A stretch of DNA of 63,845 nucleotides from Octopus bimaculoides. Its lineage: Eukaryota. The notes below the pieces were generated by a model. It made no database searches, had not been told where the DNA came from, and saw only the letters and a list, made by a program, of their open reading frames with translations. How positions within the stretch are numbered: the stretch's first letter is position 1; the number at the start of each line of letters is the position of its first letter. Positions 1 through 13,446 of this stretch are shown here, in pieces. The position numbers were made by a program, and so were the translations under genes. The stretch lies in assembly GCF_001194135.2 (NCBI RefSeq), contig NC_068990.1:81597549-81661393 (forward strand), written 5' to 3'.

Positions 1-2008
1 GCAAGCATTCGTGCCTGTTTTAGGGTAACTTCGACCCACCAGTTATAAGGCCCTTAATAGAAACCATTTTATGTGGAATAGAATAATGTTTAGCTCATTA
101 TGATGATTATGATAATGGTGTGAAGTATTTAGCGCTATAAATACTAGCTCTTTAATTCTATTTTAGTTTCCACAAGGGTTTTATCACTAATGGAAGCTCT
201 ACTCCATAGCAATATTTGATTTTTCTTCTCTCACAATACTTGTTCTATTGTTATTCTTGGTTTTAATGCTTTTTCCTTAATGAGATTTCAGTGATTTTTC
301 TTCTATTTTGAGGTTAACTTCCTTTGTAAGATTTTCCGCATACATTTTCATCCTGTATAAAAATGAAGATTTCCATTCTGAATGCTAGCTGAGAGCTAAC
401 ACTTATCAATAGCTTCTTATCTCTCTACTGCTGCATTGTATGAACATGCTAACATGACTTTCACACAGCTAGTGAATTACATGTTAGATTAATCTACAAT
501 TACTTCTTCCCTCTGCTTCTAATCTTATAAATACTGAGCATTCATAGCGTTAGAAACTTTAATACTTCAACATGTAAAGTAGTTTTAATTAAAAAATATT
601 TTTTTCCTAATAATAATATTAAAAGTCTTAAAAACGAGAAACTAAACAAAAACAGGCAAACTCTATTAACACCATTTCATATTTTCTTTTCATCTAATTA
701 TCTCCCCCCTCCCCCAGTTTTTTTATCTCTAATTTTCTTTTGCATTGAAAATGAAAGTTAAAGGAATTTCATTCTAAGAAGAGATAACACTTGAATTGAA
801 TGGAATATTTCAGTTATGAAAGAAAATATAACAATTGCTTCTCAGGCTTCAGATTTTGAAAATAGAAGTTTTCAAATAGAAATTAATATGCACTTAATAA
901 TTGATCTTGAAAATAAATTCTAAATATGTTGCCATATTTTGTATGTTGTTATCTTTAACTGATTAGTTTGAATCATCAGGTGAACCACATAAGATATGAG
1001 ATATTGTAAAATGATTTTACAGTTTGCCTGATATCTTGTTAATTGGTTGAAAGATAAGAGAAATTAAGCATCAGCTGTGAATTAATATTGGATTTACTTT
1101 GTTTATTTAGATTTTCTCTATCTTATCATCTGTCACTAGTGATACCCTTGTAATATAATTAACTTAATGAGTAGATTATTAAAGAATTCTTACAAGCACA
1201 CCTGTGTAATGTGTTAACATGTAAGCAATATCAACAAATACTTTTGTCTGGCAAATGATATAATCTTTTCATTAAATAATACTAGAAATAATGAAAGATC
1301 TACATTGTTTAGTTTCTGCTCTATTTAACAATCTAAGAATAGTTCCAGAGTGATAAACAGTTGTACAAAATGGTAAAAAATATATTATTAGTTTAGAAAA
1401 TATTTAGATTCAATGAAAAAAAAAAGTTTTTTTTTGAAGATTTTGAAGTTTGATATAGGAAATTTTGCCGATAATTTTTAGCAATTTATTTCATATTTTG
1501 ATATCATAATGTTCTGTGTGGTTTCTTATTTGATTTCTATAGAAGGTAGATTCATGAAGCTATCTTGGGAATATTAGGAAAGATTTTCCAAATAATGTTG
1601 TTAAATGTTAATACTTTTGAAAATTAGAACAAATATGTATACTTTTCCATTAGCAGAATGAGTACGCAAGCTGACCAGTGCAAAAGTGGTTGTTGGTTTT
1701 TAGCTCTTGGTCAAATAGACCAATGATCAGAAGCATTCTAGCTCCCATCTCTCTGCTGGTAACTTAGGCATAGTGTTTCAAAAACTAAATTATCTAATGT
1801 AACTTTTTTTTTTTATTTATTCTTTTTCATTCTTTTACTTGTTTCAGTCATTGTACTGTGGCGCTGCCAGGGCACAGGGGCTTAGTTGATCAAATCAACC
1901 CCAGTACTTTTATATTAAGTTTAGTACTTATCCTTTTGGTCTCTTTTGTAAGACTTCTAAGTTACAAAGACACAAACAGTCCAAAACTAATTGTCAAGCA
2001 GGCTGAGA

Positions 2009-2078
<70 letters not shown>

Positions 2079-5000
2079 TACTGGGATTCCTTTTCTTCAG
2101 GAAATCTACTGAGAAGCATTTTGTCCAGGGTGGTAACAGTTCTGTTAGCTCAGGGTAAAAGCAGTAACAACAACTATAATAATGAATACATTCACATAAT
2201 CAAATCTTTAAACAAATATTCTTCTTTTACAAATATTAGAGAGAGAGGAAATGGGATGGGTGGTACTTGAGAAATCAATTCCAATCGTTTTCTAATATAC
2301 CTATACAAAGAGTGTCAAGCAGTTTCACCTTGATGTTACCATGGTGACTGATCCATACAAACACAACTGTAAGGAGATCATATTCATGAGGTTAACTACA
2401 TCAGGTTTCAAATCAATTTGGAAGTAAGCTTTATCAAGAATATGATATAGAAATGTTAAACATTTTTATTAGTACATCGTTGAGAAGTTTCGTGGATTAT
2501 AAGACTTTTGTGTTTGTGAAGTCAACTATTACAAACCTATCAGTTTCACTAAGGCATATAAAATATTTTCTCGGATAAATGATCTATAGTTTCTAATGTC
2601 ATAAACAATCGATAGTACTGCTGCAGATAGAAGTGTAGTGGTATTGATAGTAGTAATGGTGGTGTTTGTGGAGTTGATTGACTTTTGCTGTACTTGAAAG
2701 AGAAAATAAGTCTTGATAAATGAATATAGTTGAGACTGAAAGTAACATTTTTAGATTGAGTTTTTCAGAAATAATGTGTTATAATTTTTTTCTCTGTGAG
2801 AAAATAATTGTTTCCATTCATATGATTTGTTAAAATATAAAATAATCTTTCTACTATTGATATAAGTCCTAGTCAAGTACATGTGTGTGTGTGTGATTTT
2901 ATTGATTCAGTCCTCATCCCATCAGAAACATTTTAAGCCTTGAGCCAATGTTAGAAATCAATATTGATTTGTTTTAACTTGATAAAAGTGCTTATTTTTG
3001 TGAGGGAAGGATTTGGTCTGTTGAATAGACTCAAGTATATGATAGCTACTAGTGTTTATTTTATCAATAGCAAACGAATAAAAGACACAGTCAATTCTTA
3101 TGCGATTCAAACTTGGGATATTGAAGACTAGCACCATGTATTACACCTTTAAAAATATTACTTTTTTTTTCTCTTATTTGGTACAAAGTTATTTTTCAAA
3201 AAGAAAGATTACTTTGAAAACCCTGTATATTACTGGATTGAATGTCATTGTCCTTGAAGAGATAAATGGAATTCTGAATCCAAAGAGATGGAAGTAAATC
3301 TTGTTAGTCATTTCATCTAGCAAGCTATCATTTCTGTCAGAGAGTTTCTATATAGCCACTTAACCTACTAGAAATAGCAGTTAAATCTCCTTCTGATCAC
3401 ACTTCAGTGTCTTAGAAAATGAAACACTGGGTAATCCAATCTTTGGTGTACTGATTTGGATAACAATGGAACAATCATTGCTGAAATGTCTTTGATCAGC
3501 TGAAGCAATGATAGCAACAACTCAAATTCCATTACCAATTCCATTGATATCAATTCTTTTGCATTGACATTGTCTACAGTTTTTTTAGGAATGAATATGG
3601 TAGGCCTGCAACATTTGAATTTAGAAGATGAAGAGACTTAGCCATATACTTTAAAGCATTTTATCCAATAATGTACTAATTGTGTAATCTTTATTGATAA
3701 CTTTAATGTTGGTAATAATTTTGTCTAGGATGATGTGTCTTATACAATTTTACTTTTGATTGAGATGGTTGACATCTCATTTGGCACTGCTTTGCCATCT
3801 TCACATTCTAATAGAAAGGAAAGCTGTTTTTTATCTTATAAGTCCTAACCACAATGTGAGAAAATCTAAAGAAAAATTCACAGAATTTTTTTTGTCATGA
3901 AATCTATTTTCATTGACATTCTACCAAATATCTAGTTTTTGGTGGTGTTGATAATGATAATGATTTCAAATTTTGGTACCAAGGCCAGGAGTTTCAGTGG
4001 GGAAACAAGTTAGTTGGTTAAATCAACCCTAGTGATTGATTATGATATTTTATTATATTGTCTCAAAAAGGTTAAAGAGCAAAGTTAGTCTGAGCAGGAT
4101 TTGAACACAAAACATAAAGAGCTGGAACAAGTGCCACTGAGCATTTTTTCTGACCCTGACAATTCTGCCAGTCTACTACCTTTAAATTATTTCTAATACT
4201 GGCACAAGGCCTGGAATAGTTGGGGAAGGGTGCTAGTCAATCAAATCAACCTCAGTATTTGACTTGTACGTTGTTGACCTTGGAGGGGTGAAAGACAACA
4301 TTGACCTCGGCAAGATTAGAACCCAGAATGTAATGAACCAGAAGAAATACCTTACCATTTTTTCTCTGACTCTAAAAATTTAGAGAGGAATAGTCAATAA
4401 TACTAAATCTGCCACACATTGGTAATTATCCTTTCTTCTTCAGGGATTGACAAAATAATGGTAGTTCCAGTTCAATATGAACCCTCAATGCAATAGAAAA
4501 AAATATCACAAAACATTTTTATCGGGCATTCTACTGATTTTGTTATCCATCATCCCAATAGTATTAATAATATTAATTTCTAACATTAACAGATGTAATT
4601 TTAATAAGATACATCAATGGAATTTGTGTATGTGTAAATGTTACCCATCATAGCTAAGGCCAAACTGGAATACTATGTATATCACCATCATCATTATCAT
4701 CATCATTTTACATCTTATTCCAATAGGATGCCACAAGTCAGGGGGTTGCATTATGCTCCAATGCCTCAGTTTTGGCACGTTTTCTACAGCTTGATACCCT
4801 TCTTAATGTTAACCTCTTTACAGAGTCCACTGGATCCCCCTTTTTTTTTTTTGTGACACCAGCACTAGTAAGGTCTCTTTTCAACTTGCACGACTTGATT
4901 GCCTAAAGAATCTCTATGGCTGAAAGGATAAAAGAAGTGAGGATTTAGGCAAAATAATGAAAGAGGGTACGGTTAGATGAGAGGAATAGCTTTATTGTTG

Positions 5001-5255
5001 TCTAAGGGTAGGGTTTTCTTCATACCAAAGTAAAAATTACATGTACACTCTTATAGTGTATATATCTGGAATTGACATATATCAGAATTTCAACATTTAA
5101 TTCAGATATATTAGCATTTAAAGCTCCATAAATATCTCTAGTTATATTCAAATAATTGCATATTAGTGTATATTTTATTTCTTTCATACATATTTCATAT
5201 TGATTGATGTAAAAATGTTTTAAACATTAACTGTAAATATATATATATATATATA

Positions 5256-5293
<38 letters not shown>

Positions 5294-5689
5294 ATGAGTT
5301 TGTATATGAGATGACAACAAACACAGGCATATGCACAAATACACACACAGAGACAACATGCATGCTCATGCATACATGCTGTCACTCGCACATGCATCTC
5401 TACATCAGTGCATACCAAATTAATGTTGAGGATTTGTCAGCTTTGAAGTATGTTTTCCTCACATGACTTCTGGTGTCACAGATACCGTCATTTGGAAATA
5501 TTCATCTAATGTATTTCAAAGGAAAACATAATGTATACAGAAATACTAATGAAATTATTAATTGTGCAAATAGCATATTCTGAACAAGTAACCAAACAAT
5601 ATAAATATAAGGTATGAAAGCCTAAATAGATAAGAGAACTTAGCTATATTGTTTCTTTCCTTTTAAAATTAGCAACTAAATCTCTCTTA

Positions 5690-6049
5690 ATTCATACACC
5701 CTATCAAAGAATACGTTGAGTATTGCCAGTACCGCCTGACTGGCCTTCGTAGGATTTTCGAGAGAGATCGTTGCCAATGCCCCTGGACTGGCTCTTGTGT
5801 GGGTGGCACATAAAATACACCATTTTGAGCGTGGCCGTTGCCAGTACCGCCTGACTGGCCTTCGTGCGGGTGACGCGTTAAAGCACCCACTACACTCTCG
5901 GAGTGGTTGGCGTTAGGAAGGGTATCCAGCTGTAGAAACTCTGCCAAATCAGATTGGAGCCTGGTGTTGCCATCTGGTTTCACCAGTCCTCAGTCAAATC
6001 GTCCAACCCATGCTAGCATGGAAAGCGGACGTTAAACGATGATGATGAT
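5690..6049 (+). mobile_element. RTE-clade LINE 3' UTR/tail (well preserved) with internal repeats
   Basis: Ends in gaaagcggacgttaaacgatgatgatgat; internal repeat ttgccagtaccgcctgactggccttcgt occurs twice; same family as 42275-42840. Confidence 0.75.
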
Positions 6050-6559
6050 TAAAAAAGTGTCAAGATCTTCATAACTTGAGAGCATTTGATCATAGGTTTG
6101 CTCATTCAAAGCTGCCTGGAGTTAAGCAACAGTAATGTATTAGAAATTCAAATAAATCTGTTTGATCAGTTAAAAGCATGTTTAAATCTGAACTGTAATG
6201 GTTTATAACATTAAAACATCTAGTTTTTTTTTTACAAAGATGCATCAATATAATTTTGTGATGTGCATGTGTCATTTAACTCTTTAACTTGAGTTAGCCA
6301 ACGTGGATAAGACTGCATTGAACATTATTTACATTTACAGAATAATACATGTCAACAAGGAAACTCTACGTGGTTTCTAGCTTGTCATGCTAGAAATAGC
6401 AGTGAAATCTAAGTAAATGCTGTTTGTTTCATCAAAGGAAACTCCATTTTGAGACTTTTACGATTTAAACTTTGAGACATTATAAGTTAAAGCACAGGAA
6501 ATACAACCGCTCTTCTCGACACATTCATTTTGGACAGACACTGGTCTGTTTTGGTTTAC

Positions 6560-7800
6560 ATCCCTAAATAAGTGGTTTTGACTCCCAGGTGATATGTAAA
6601 TTGATGCATTTATGAAAATGTTTTGCTCCAAAACAACAAAGAGTCCACTGCAGAGTTATGCTTAGCCATCTTCTATTTTCCTCTATTGGTAACTTTTGCT
6701 GAGCTTGAGTGGGTTCCATCAATCACATGTTGGATTTTGTTCACTGGGAAATACTTGATCCAGTGCATTCCATGGATTCTAGTGTTGGACAATTTTAACA
6801 TTAGAATGTTGTGGTTGACATTGTTGAAGACCTTACTGAAGTCAAGACATATCATATCAGTGTTTGATGGTTTTAAGTCTTTTGATTTTCTTGATAAGTG
6901 TCTTTTTTTGCTTTTTTGAGAGCCTAGTTCTATTTGTGCTAATGAGTTTTGTTAGAGCATGTTTTGACAACGAATTGGTGACAATATTCTGAAACCAGTA
7001 CCAAGTTGCTTCAATGTCAGAGAATGTAAATGAAGGACCAGTTGATAAGCAACATATCTTGTCTAAGATCTCGTCCAGTCTTCTTTGTGAAGATTGGTGT
7101 TACTGAATGAGTATGCTGAGGTAAGAGTGACTGGTTTGGTTTTGGCATGTTGGAAACTAAGATTGAAGAGTACAATATCACAGCCACAGAGAAGAGGTTT
7201 GTTATGGACAGAGCCAGAGTGATTTGTTGATATCAGGTCTAAAACATTTCTGTCTTGTCTTGTTGGCTGAAGCACAAGTGGGGATTGGAAAAATTTATCC
7301 ATGAAACTAAATAGCAATTCTCTTTCTTCTCTTTACTTGGTTTCAGTGTATTTGTATGCCAATTCACATATAGAAGGTTAAAGTCACCCCACCACGAATA
7401 TGTTTTCAAAGTTGTGTTTTTGGAGAAAGAACTTGACATTTTTGAGGCACTCTGCAAAGCACTGTAGAGGTGCGTCAGAAGGCCTATAGAGACCAACTAT
7501 AGTTATATCATTAGTTTTACTGCAAACTGACAGATTCATAATAACCATTGGTAAATATATCCTATGCATCCATGACAAAGGAATCATGGAGAAAAACAGC
7601 TATTTCTTTATTTCACCCAGTGTGGTCTTCATGACTGATGGGGAAATTACTTGATATTCTGCTTGGTATTCATGTGGGAGTTGTTTTAGGTGGGTACCCA
7701 TTAGGATGAATAATGGGATGCATTTCTGCAATCCAATTTTCTGTGTATAGAAACTTTCACTTTTGAGTATTAAGTAATGGGTTGAGGTCTCACACATTAA
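6560..7800 (-). mobile_element. Decayed CR1/L2-type LINE ORF2 (endonuclease + start of RT)
   Basis: Broken frames: IVGLYRP, GDFNLLYVNW, QPTRQDRNVLDLISTN (APE endonuclease) and ICLDFSKVFNNVNHNILMLKL (RT LDFSKAFD.VDH motif). Confidence 0.85.
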
Positions 7801-7938
7801 GTTGGAATGTCAAAATGAAGGTTGTGTGAAATATGTGTAATATTAAAGGCTTTGATTTATGTGTATTGTTGTTCAGTGGCAGCACCGGGGACAGTTTGCA
7901 TATGGAGTCATTTGCGGGGAGTAATGTTTGATTGATGA

Positions 7939-8038
<100 letters not shown>

Positions 8039-8329
8039 ACTCCCTCTCTCACACACATACACACACTTCAAGTATTTTTTTTCCAGTCAAAACAATGCAA
8101 GTTAAGAATACGGGTTGATGGTTTGTACTGTTACCTGGTATTTCAATATTTCAGGGTTTGGAGCCCTTCTCCAGGAAATCTATGGAGAAAAGGTGTTGAT
8201 TACTAACTTCTTAGCTATCAGCACCTTTCCTGAAGAAGGAGTCCTAACCATAATATATTGAATTACTACTAGGTAAAAGTACTAATCATCAACCTGTATT
8301 CTTAATTTTTAACTTTCATTGGTTTGGCT

Positions 8330-8710
8330 TTTTAAAAAAATCAGTGATAAGAAGCTTGCTTCTCAACCACGTTTTTAGGTTCAATCCCTCTGCGTGGCAC
8401 CTCGGACAAGTGTCTTCTACTATAACCACGGGCTGACCAAAGCCTTGTGAGTGGATTTGCTAAACAGAAATTGAAAGAAGCCCGATGTATATATGTGCAT
8501 GTGTATTTGTCCCTCCACCATTGCTTGACAACCGTTGTTGGTGTGTTTATGTCCCCTTAACTTAGTGGTTTGGTAAAAGAGACCGATAGAATAAGTACTA
8601 GGCTTACAAAGAATAAATCCTGGGGGGTGATTTGTTTGACTAAAGGTGGTGCTCCAGCATGCCCGTAGTCAAATTACTGAAATAAGCAAAAGAATCAAAG
8701 AGTAAGAGAA
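8330..8710 (+). mobile_element. Near full-length tRNA-derived SINE (abundant octopus-type family)
   Basis: B box ggttcaatccc at about 8378, body gtgtcttctactata...gaccaaagccttgtgagtggatttg, 3' end ggtgctccagcatg...actgaaa.aag; other copies at about 1826-2008(-), 9260-9600(+), 24712-25060(+), 52310-52640(+), 55905-56640(-). Confidence 0.85.
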
Positions 8711-8813
8711 TATATATATGAAACAATACTTTATAAAATCACACACACACACATTCAGTCTTGCTTTGGTTCTATACACACGCATATCATTATTGTATCT
8801 TCTTTTCCATATG

Positions 8814-8884
<71 letters not shown>

Positions 8885-10802
8885 CTTCAATATTCTTTAT
8901 ATCAATCTCATCTCTTAATTCATAATTTATTAATATTTCAGTATCTATACATTGAATCAGGGTGGAATATCTTGTGATCTAAGTTATCAGTAGAAGCGTG
9001 ACTGCTGTGCTAAGTGGCTGATGAATTAATAATAAAAGATTAAAAGTTCAGTTAAAATAGGTAAACATGAAATGGTAAACATGAAATGTATGGTTTTATA
9101 GGTAATGGGGCATTTGCAAGTATTATGACATACACACAAATACTACAAAACAAAGTAGATGGAAACTCAGTTATTTAGTAAATATTTAATTTATAGGGTT
9201 GTAGTTTCAGCTTACAACATTCCATTATATCTTGTATATGAGTAATTTTATATTGGATACAGACATAGCTGAATGCTTAAGTTTACTTTGCAGTCCTGTG
9301 GTATCAAGTTTGATCCCATGGTGTGGTATCATAGATAAATCTCTTTTACCATAGCCTAGTCATGGGTTTGGTTGACCAAAGCCTTGTGAGTGAAACTGGA
9401 AACTATTTGGAAGGCTATCAACTGGATTGTGCATGTAATTCAATGGAACAGCCTTGTCACACACACTCTCATACACATTTTCCATGAGAATTACATTAAG
9501 GGAATAAAAATCTGTGGAAATCTCAGCCACTTATATGTTAACTCATTGAGTAGGCCGTTCTAGTGATCAAACAACTGGAACACTCGTTGTCCAAGCCAAT
9601 AGACAGTCATGATTAATTTTGAGTCATGTAAAAGGTGAACAGTACTCAAAACTTATAGTAGAATTAATATAGTTACATATTTAATTATTGAAGTTAAATG
9701 TGTATATTGCCATTAGTCAAAATACTGCCTGACAAATCTCAGGTTAGTATAAAATTTCAATCTTCATCATCATTATCATACTTTTACATCTGCTTTCTAT
9801 GCTTGATGGCTTGGAAGGGTTTCTCCACTCATCCTTTGTCATCTTGTACACATAGCAAGAAAGAAAGCTAGCCAGCTTTGTTGCTGTGTGTGTCATGTTT
9901 CTATGGTTAGATGCCTTTCCTAATACCAACCATTTTACAGTAAGTCTGTGTATTTCATCATAACATTGGCATAGAGAAATTATCATTGGTGGGGCTAAAC
10001 TATCTTGTATCAGTGTCCTCTCTACCCTGTACTAGTGTTTTTATTAGGAGTTGTTGCTCTCTGAGATGGATTGCCTGCTGCAATTTTAAGTTCACATTTA
10101 CACCTTTTGTTCTTTTCTTTTATTTTGCACGGAGTTTTATACAACTGGATATCCTTACAAACCATTTTACATGGACTAAGGACATTTTATCTCGTCACAG
10201 ATATCGAGAGAGGAAAATCTTTCATTCTGTCATGTACTACCTCAACTTGTATCAATTCTTCTTCAGAATTGATACTCTTCTAGACATATTTCTTGTGCTG
10301 TGCAGTACCCAGTCTATACTTATCACATTTGTTTGTAACTTTCTTTGTATTTGATATGGTTTTTACATGTGCATGTCCAGCCTATTTTCAACCACTTTAC
10401 ATTGTGGACGTGATGCATTTTAATGTATCAGCAGCACCAGAGGAGTTGTCTGTAGCATAATTAAAGAGTTTTCTCTATCCTGTATTAGCTTCTGTGTAGA
10501 ATGTACTGAACATTTTATACACGCATAATTAAGATTAATTTGAATGATCAGCTCTAGCTTATTATTCAGATTATTTTACACTGGACACTATACTTTACAA
10601 ATACAAATTTGTCAAGTATGTTATGGATATTTTTTATCAACTATTGTTTTTTTTTTGTTGTTTTTTTGTATATTTAAGATATAATACTGTTTTAGCATTG
10701 ATTTTTCATTGTATGTTACACTTTCAAGATGAATTCCTCTAATTTAATTTAATTATGAAAATTTTTTTCTGAAATTCTAATTTCTTTTTTTGTTTATTTC
10801 AG

Positions 10803-10876
10803 GTTAAACAAAATATCAATTATTATTTAGATTTTTGGATGGAATTACCAATAGCATCAGATTACTTTGTAGCATG
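10803..10876 (+). CDS. Candidate internal coding exon A of an unidentified + strand gene (VKQNINYYLDFWMELPIASDYFVA-, phase 0 to 2)
   Basis: Long polypyrimidine tract tttctttttttgtttatttcAG, donor TG|gtaagg; only one of three frames is open across the 74 nt; unique non-repeat sequence. Protein not recognised. Confidence 0.65.
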
Positions 10877-11048
10877 GTAAGGATCTAATTATTTTTGTCT
10901 TTATACATTACATTATGTACATATAAACATGCACTCATACATTTATGCATTACACATACATACATACACATACATTTGTATGTGTATGCATACATACACA
11001 CACACACACTCACACACACATACACACACACACACACANNNNNNNNNN

Positions 11049-11092
<44 letters not shown>

Positions 11093-11639
11093 ATTAGTTA
11101 TTTAATTATTTCTGTCTTCCACTTATAAAATATTATGTTACTAGTTTGTATGGAGTATTCAAAGTTTGAATTAATAAAACTTCTAAAATTTATTCTTAAA
11201 TCCACTGAGATTCTTTTTAACTTAACCATGTCTAACTCCCTAAACCATCACCCAATATTCTATATAGTCCTGCTTCAACATAAAACTCCTTGCATACATA
11301 CTTTTATGATATGTTTAACTTTCAATCTATATATTAGTTACACCTATGTCGTTATTTCCCCCACAATCTGTGAGCAATGTCTTTTCTCTCCTGTGCAAAC
11401 TTGTTTGTATACTTCTATATGAAACTCACTGACAAAGTCAAATCTTATCTCATGATATAATTTTATAAGTGGAAAGGTAGAACATATCCTAAACATTCCT
11501 ATGCACTATATCACATTGTTTCTTAAATACAAAACTAATAACTTACAAGAATTAACTTTTTATATGTTATATATGTATAAATGTCAAGTAGTTTCTAATA
11601 TGGTTTAAATGAAAAAAAAAAATGGTATTCAATCAGATG

Positions 11640-12200
11640 TATTGTACCCAAGAACCTCAGCATCAAGAAGAAAGGAACTAAAGGTACTTTAACTGTATGA
11701 GGTAACAAGGAAAAGCAGTGTGTTTCATCTGCATCCTAACGATAGCGAAAGCAACATTGCCTTGCTGTTGGATCTTTCTTCCTGATATAAATGGAGCTTG
11801 AACATCCTGGTCCAAAACTCTTATTTTGTTCTGGATCAAAAAAATGGTCACCTTTAAGCAGAATGAGGAGTAGAAAGGTAAGAAATCTGGTTGATTAGCC
11901 CTGTGTTAAACATGAAAACTTGAAGAACTGGGAGAAGATACAAAATGTCTGCAAGGGCAGAAAGAATCTGATAGACAATGTAGTAAAAAAGCAAAAACAG
12001 CAATTCTTCAGAAAGGGGATTATTTGAGGGAAGGTAAGAAATTGAAAGAATCTTTCACAAAGTCTGGGAAAATAGAAGGTTGACAGAGTGGATTAGCATT
12101 CCTATGAGTAGTCTCGGAACTGAATATGGGAATATGCATATTTCAACAATGGTTCTTAGACTGACAAATACAAGTCCCACTTGCACACCCCACCACAGAT
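11640..12200 (-). mobile_element. Possible highly decayed CR1/L2-group LINE 3' fragment
   Basis: Weak resemblance of broken frames (FDPEQ, GNVAFAIV, PHTVKVP) to the C-terminus of CR1/L2 ORF2. Confidence 0.35.
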
Positions 12201-13415
12201 CTGTCCCACTCTTTCTTTAAAGGACGGAACAAAATAGAATTTGCATCTACATATTTTTTTTTCTTCTTCACCAAGATATTGGACAGCTTAAAATAACCAC
12301 CTGAATTTTATTAAGCATGGAAATTTGTTTGTTTGTTTTCCAAATTTCACAACTTTCTCTCATCAGGGAATTCTAGAAGAAAGAAACACTGTCCAAGAAG
12401 ACATCTGAGAAATCAAATCAGATCACTTGTCATGGATTTGAAAGCCAGCATTGTGAACTGAGTTTTTTTAATTCACAGACAGGCAGTCTCCTACTAGGAT
12501 GATAGATGCATCTTCTATCAGTGAGCTCTGCAGCTTTCACCTTGACTGTTGTAGACATAAACTACTTTAATTCTCTGCACTTCACGGTTATTTAACAAAT
12601 GATCATTATATATCTCTAAATAGAATTATGTGAGTGTGTTATTGCCTGCATGTGTGTGTGTGTGTGTGTGTGTGAGTATTAGTATGTCTTAATAGGGTGT
12701 GGACTACAATACAACAGTCTATTACTACTATATTTTAATATTAGTGGTTTGAGGTGATATGATATGTTCTTGGTCAATTAAGTCCTTGACCCTGTTTCAC
12801 ATCTTACCAGCAATTAAGAGAATATAAATTTCATAACTTCCTAGTTTATCTCCCTTTATAAAATGTTCAAATGTCATATTGATATAAGTCATTTTTTTTT
12901 CTTTCTAGTAATTGAATTTGAAGGATTACATTTAATTTTGAAAGTAAATAGCTTGTGCTTAAATTACTTAAAGTCATATTTACTTTAAATTCTCTTTTAG
13001 GAAAGTATACTGTCCCTTTCTTTTTTCTTAAATTTTAAATTGGAAATATAGTGATTTATGTGAAGAGAATTTTTAAATGCATTATATATATATNNNNNNN
13101 NNNNNNNNNNNNNNNNNNNNNNNNNNNNNNNNNNNNNNNNNNNNNNNNNNNNNNNNNNNNNNNNNNNNNNNNNNNNNNNNNNNNNNNNNNNNNNNNNNNN
13201 NNNNNNNNNNNNNNNNNNNNNNNNNNNNNNNNNNNNNNNNNNNNNNNNNNNNNNNNNNNNNNNNNNNNNNNNNNNNNNNNNNNNNNNNNNNNNNNNNNNN
13301 NNNNNNNNNNNNNNNNNNNNNNNNNNNNNNNNNNNNNNNNNNNNNNNNNNNNNNNNNNNNNNNNNNNNNNNNNNNNNNNNNNNNNNNNNNNNNNNNNNNN
13401 NNNNNNNNNNNNNNN

Positions 13416-13446
<31 letters not shown>

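Noticed and set aside
9990-10340. 122-aa + ORF and a Cys-rich minus frame (possible LINE ORF1 relic)
   Set aside because: Stops interrupt the minus frame and no motif is precise enough to assign.
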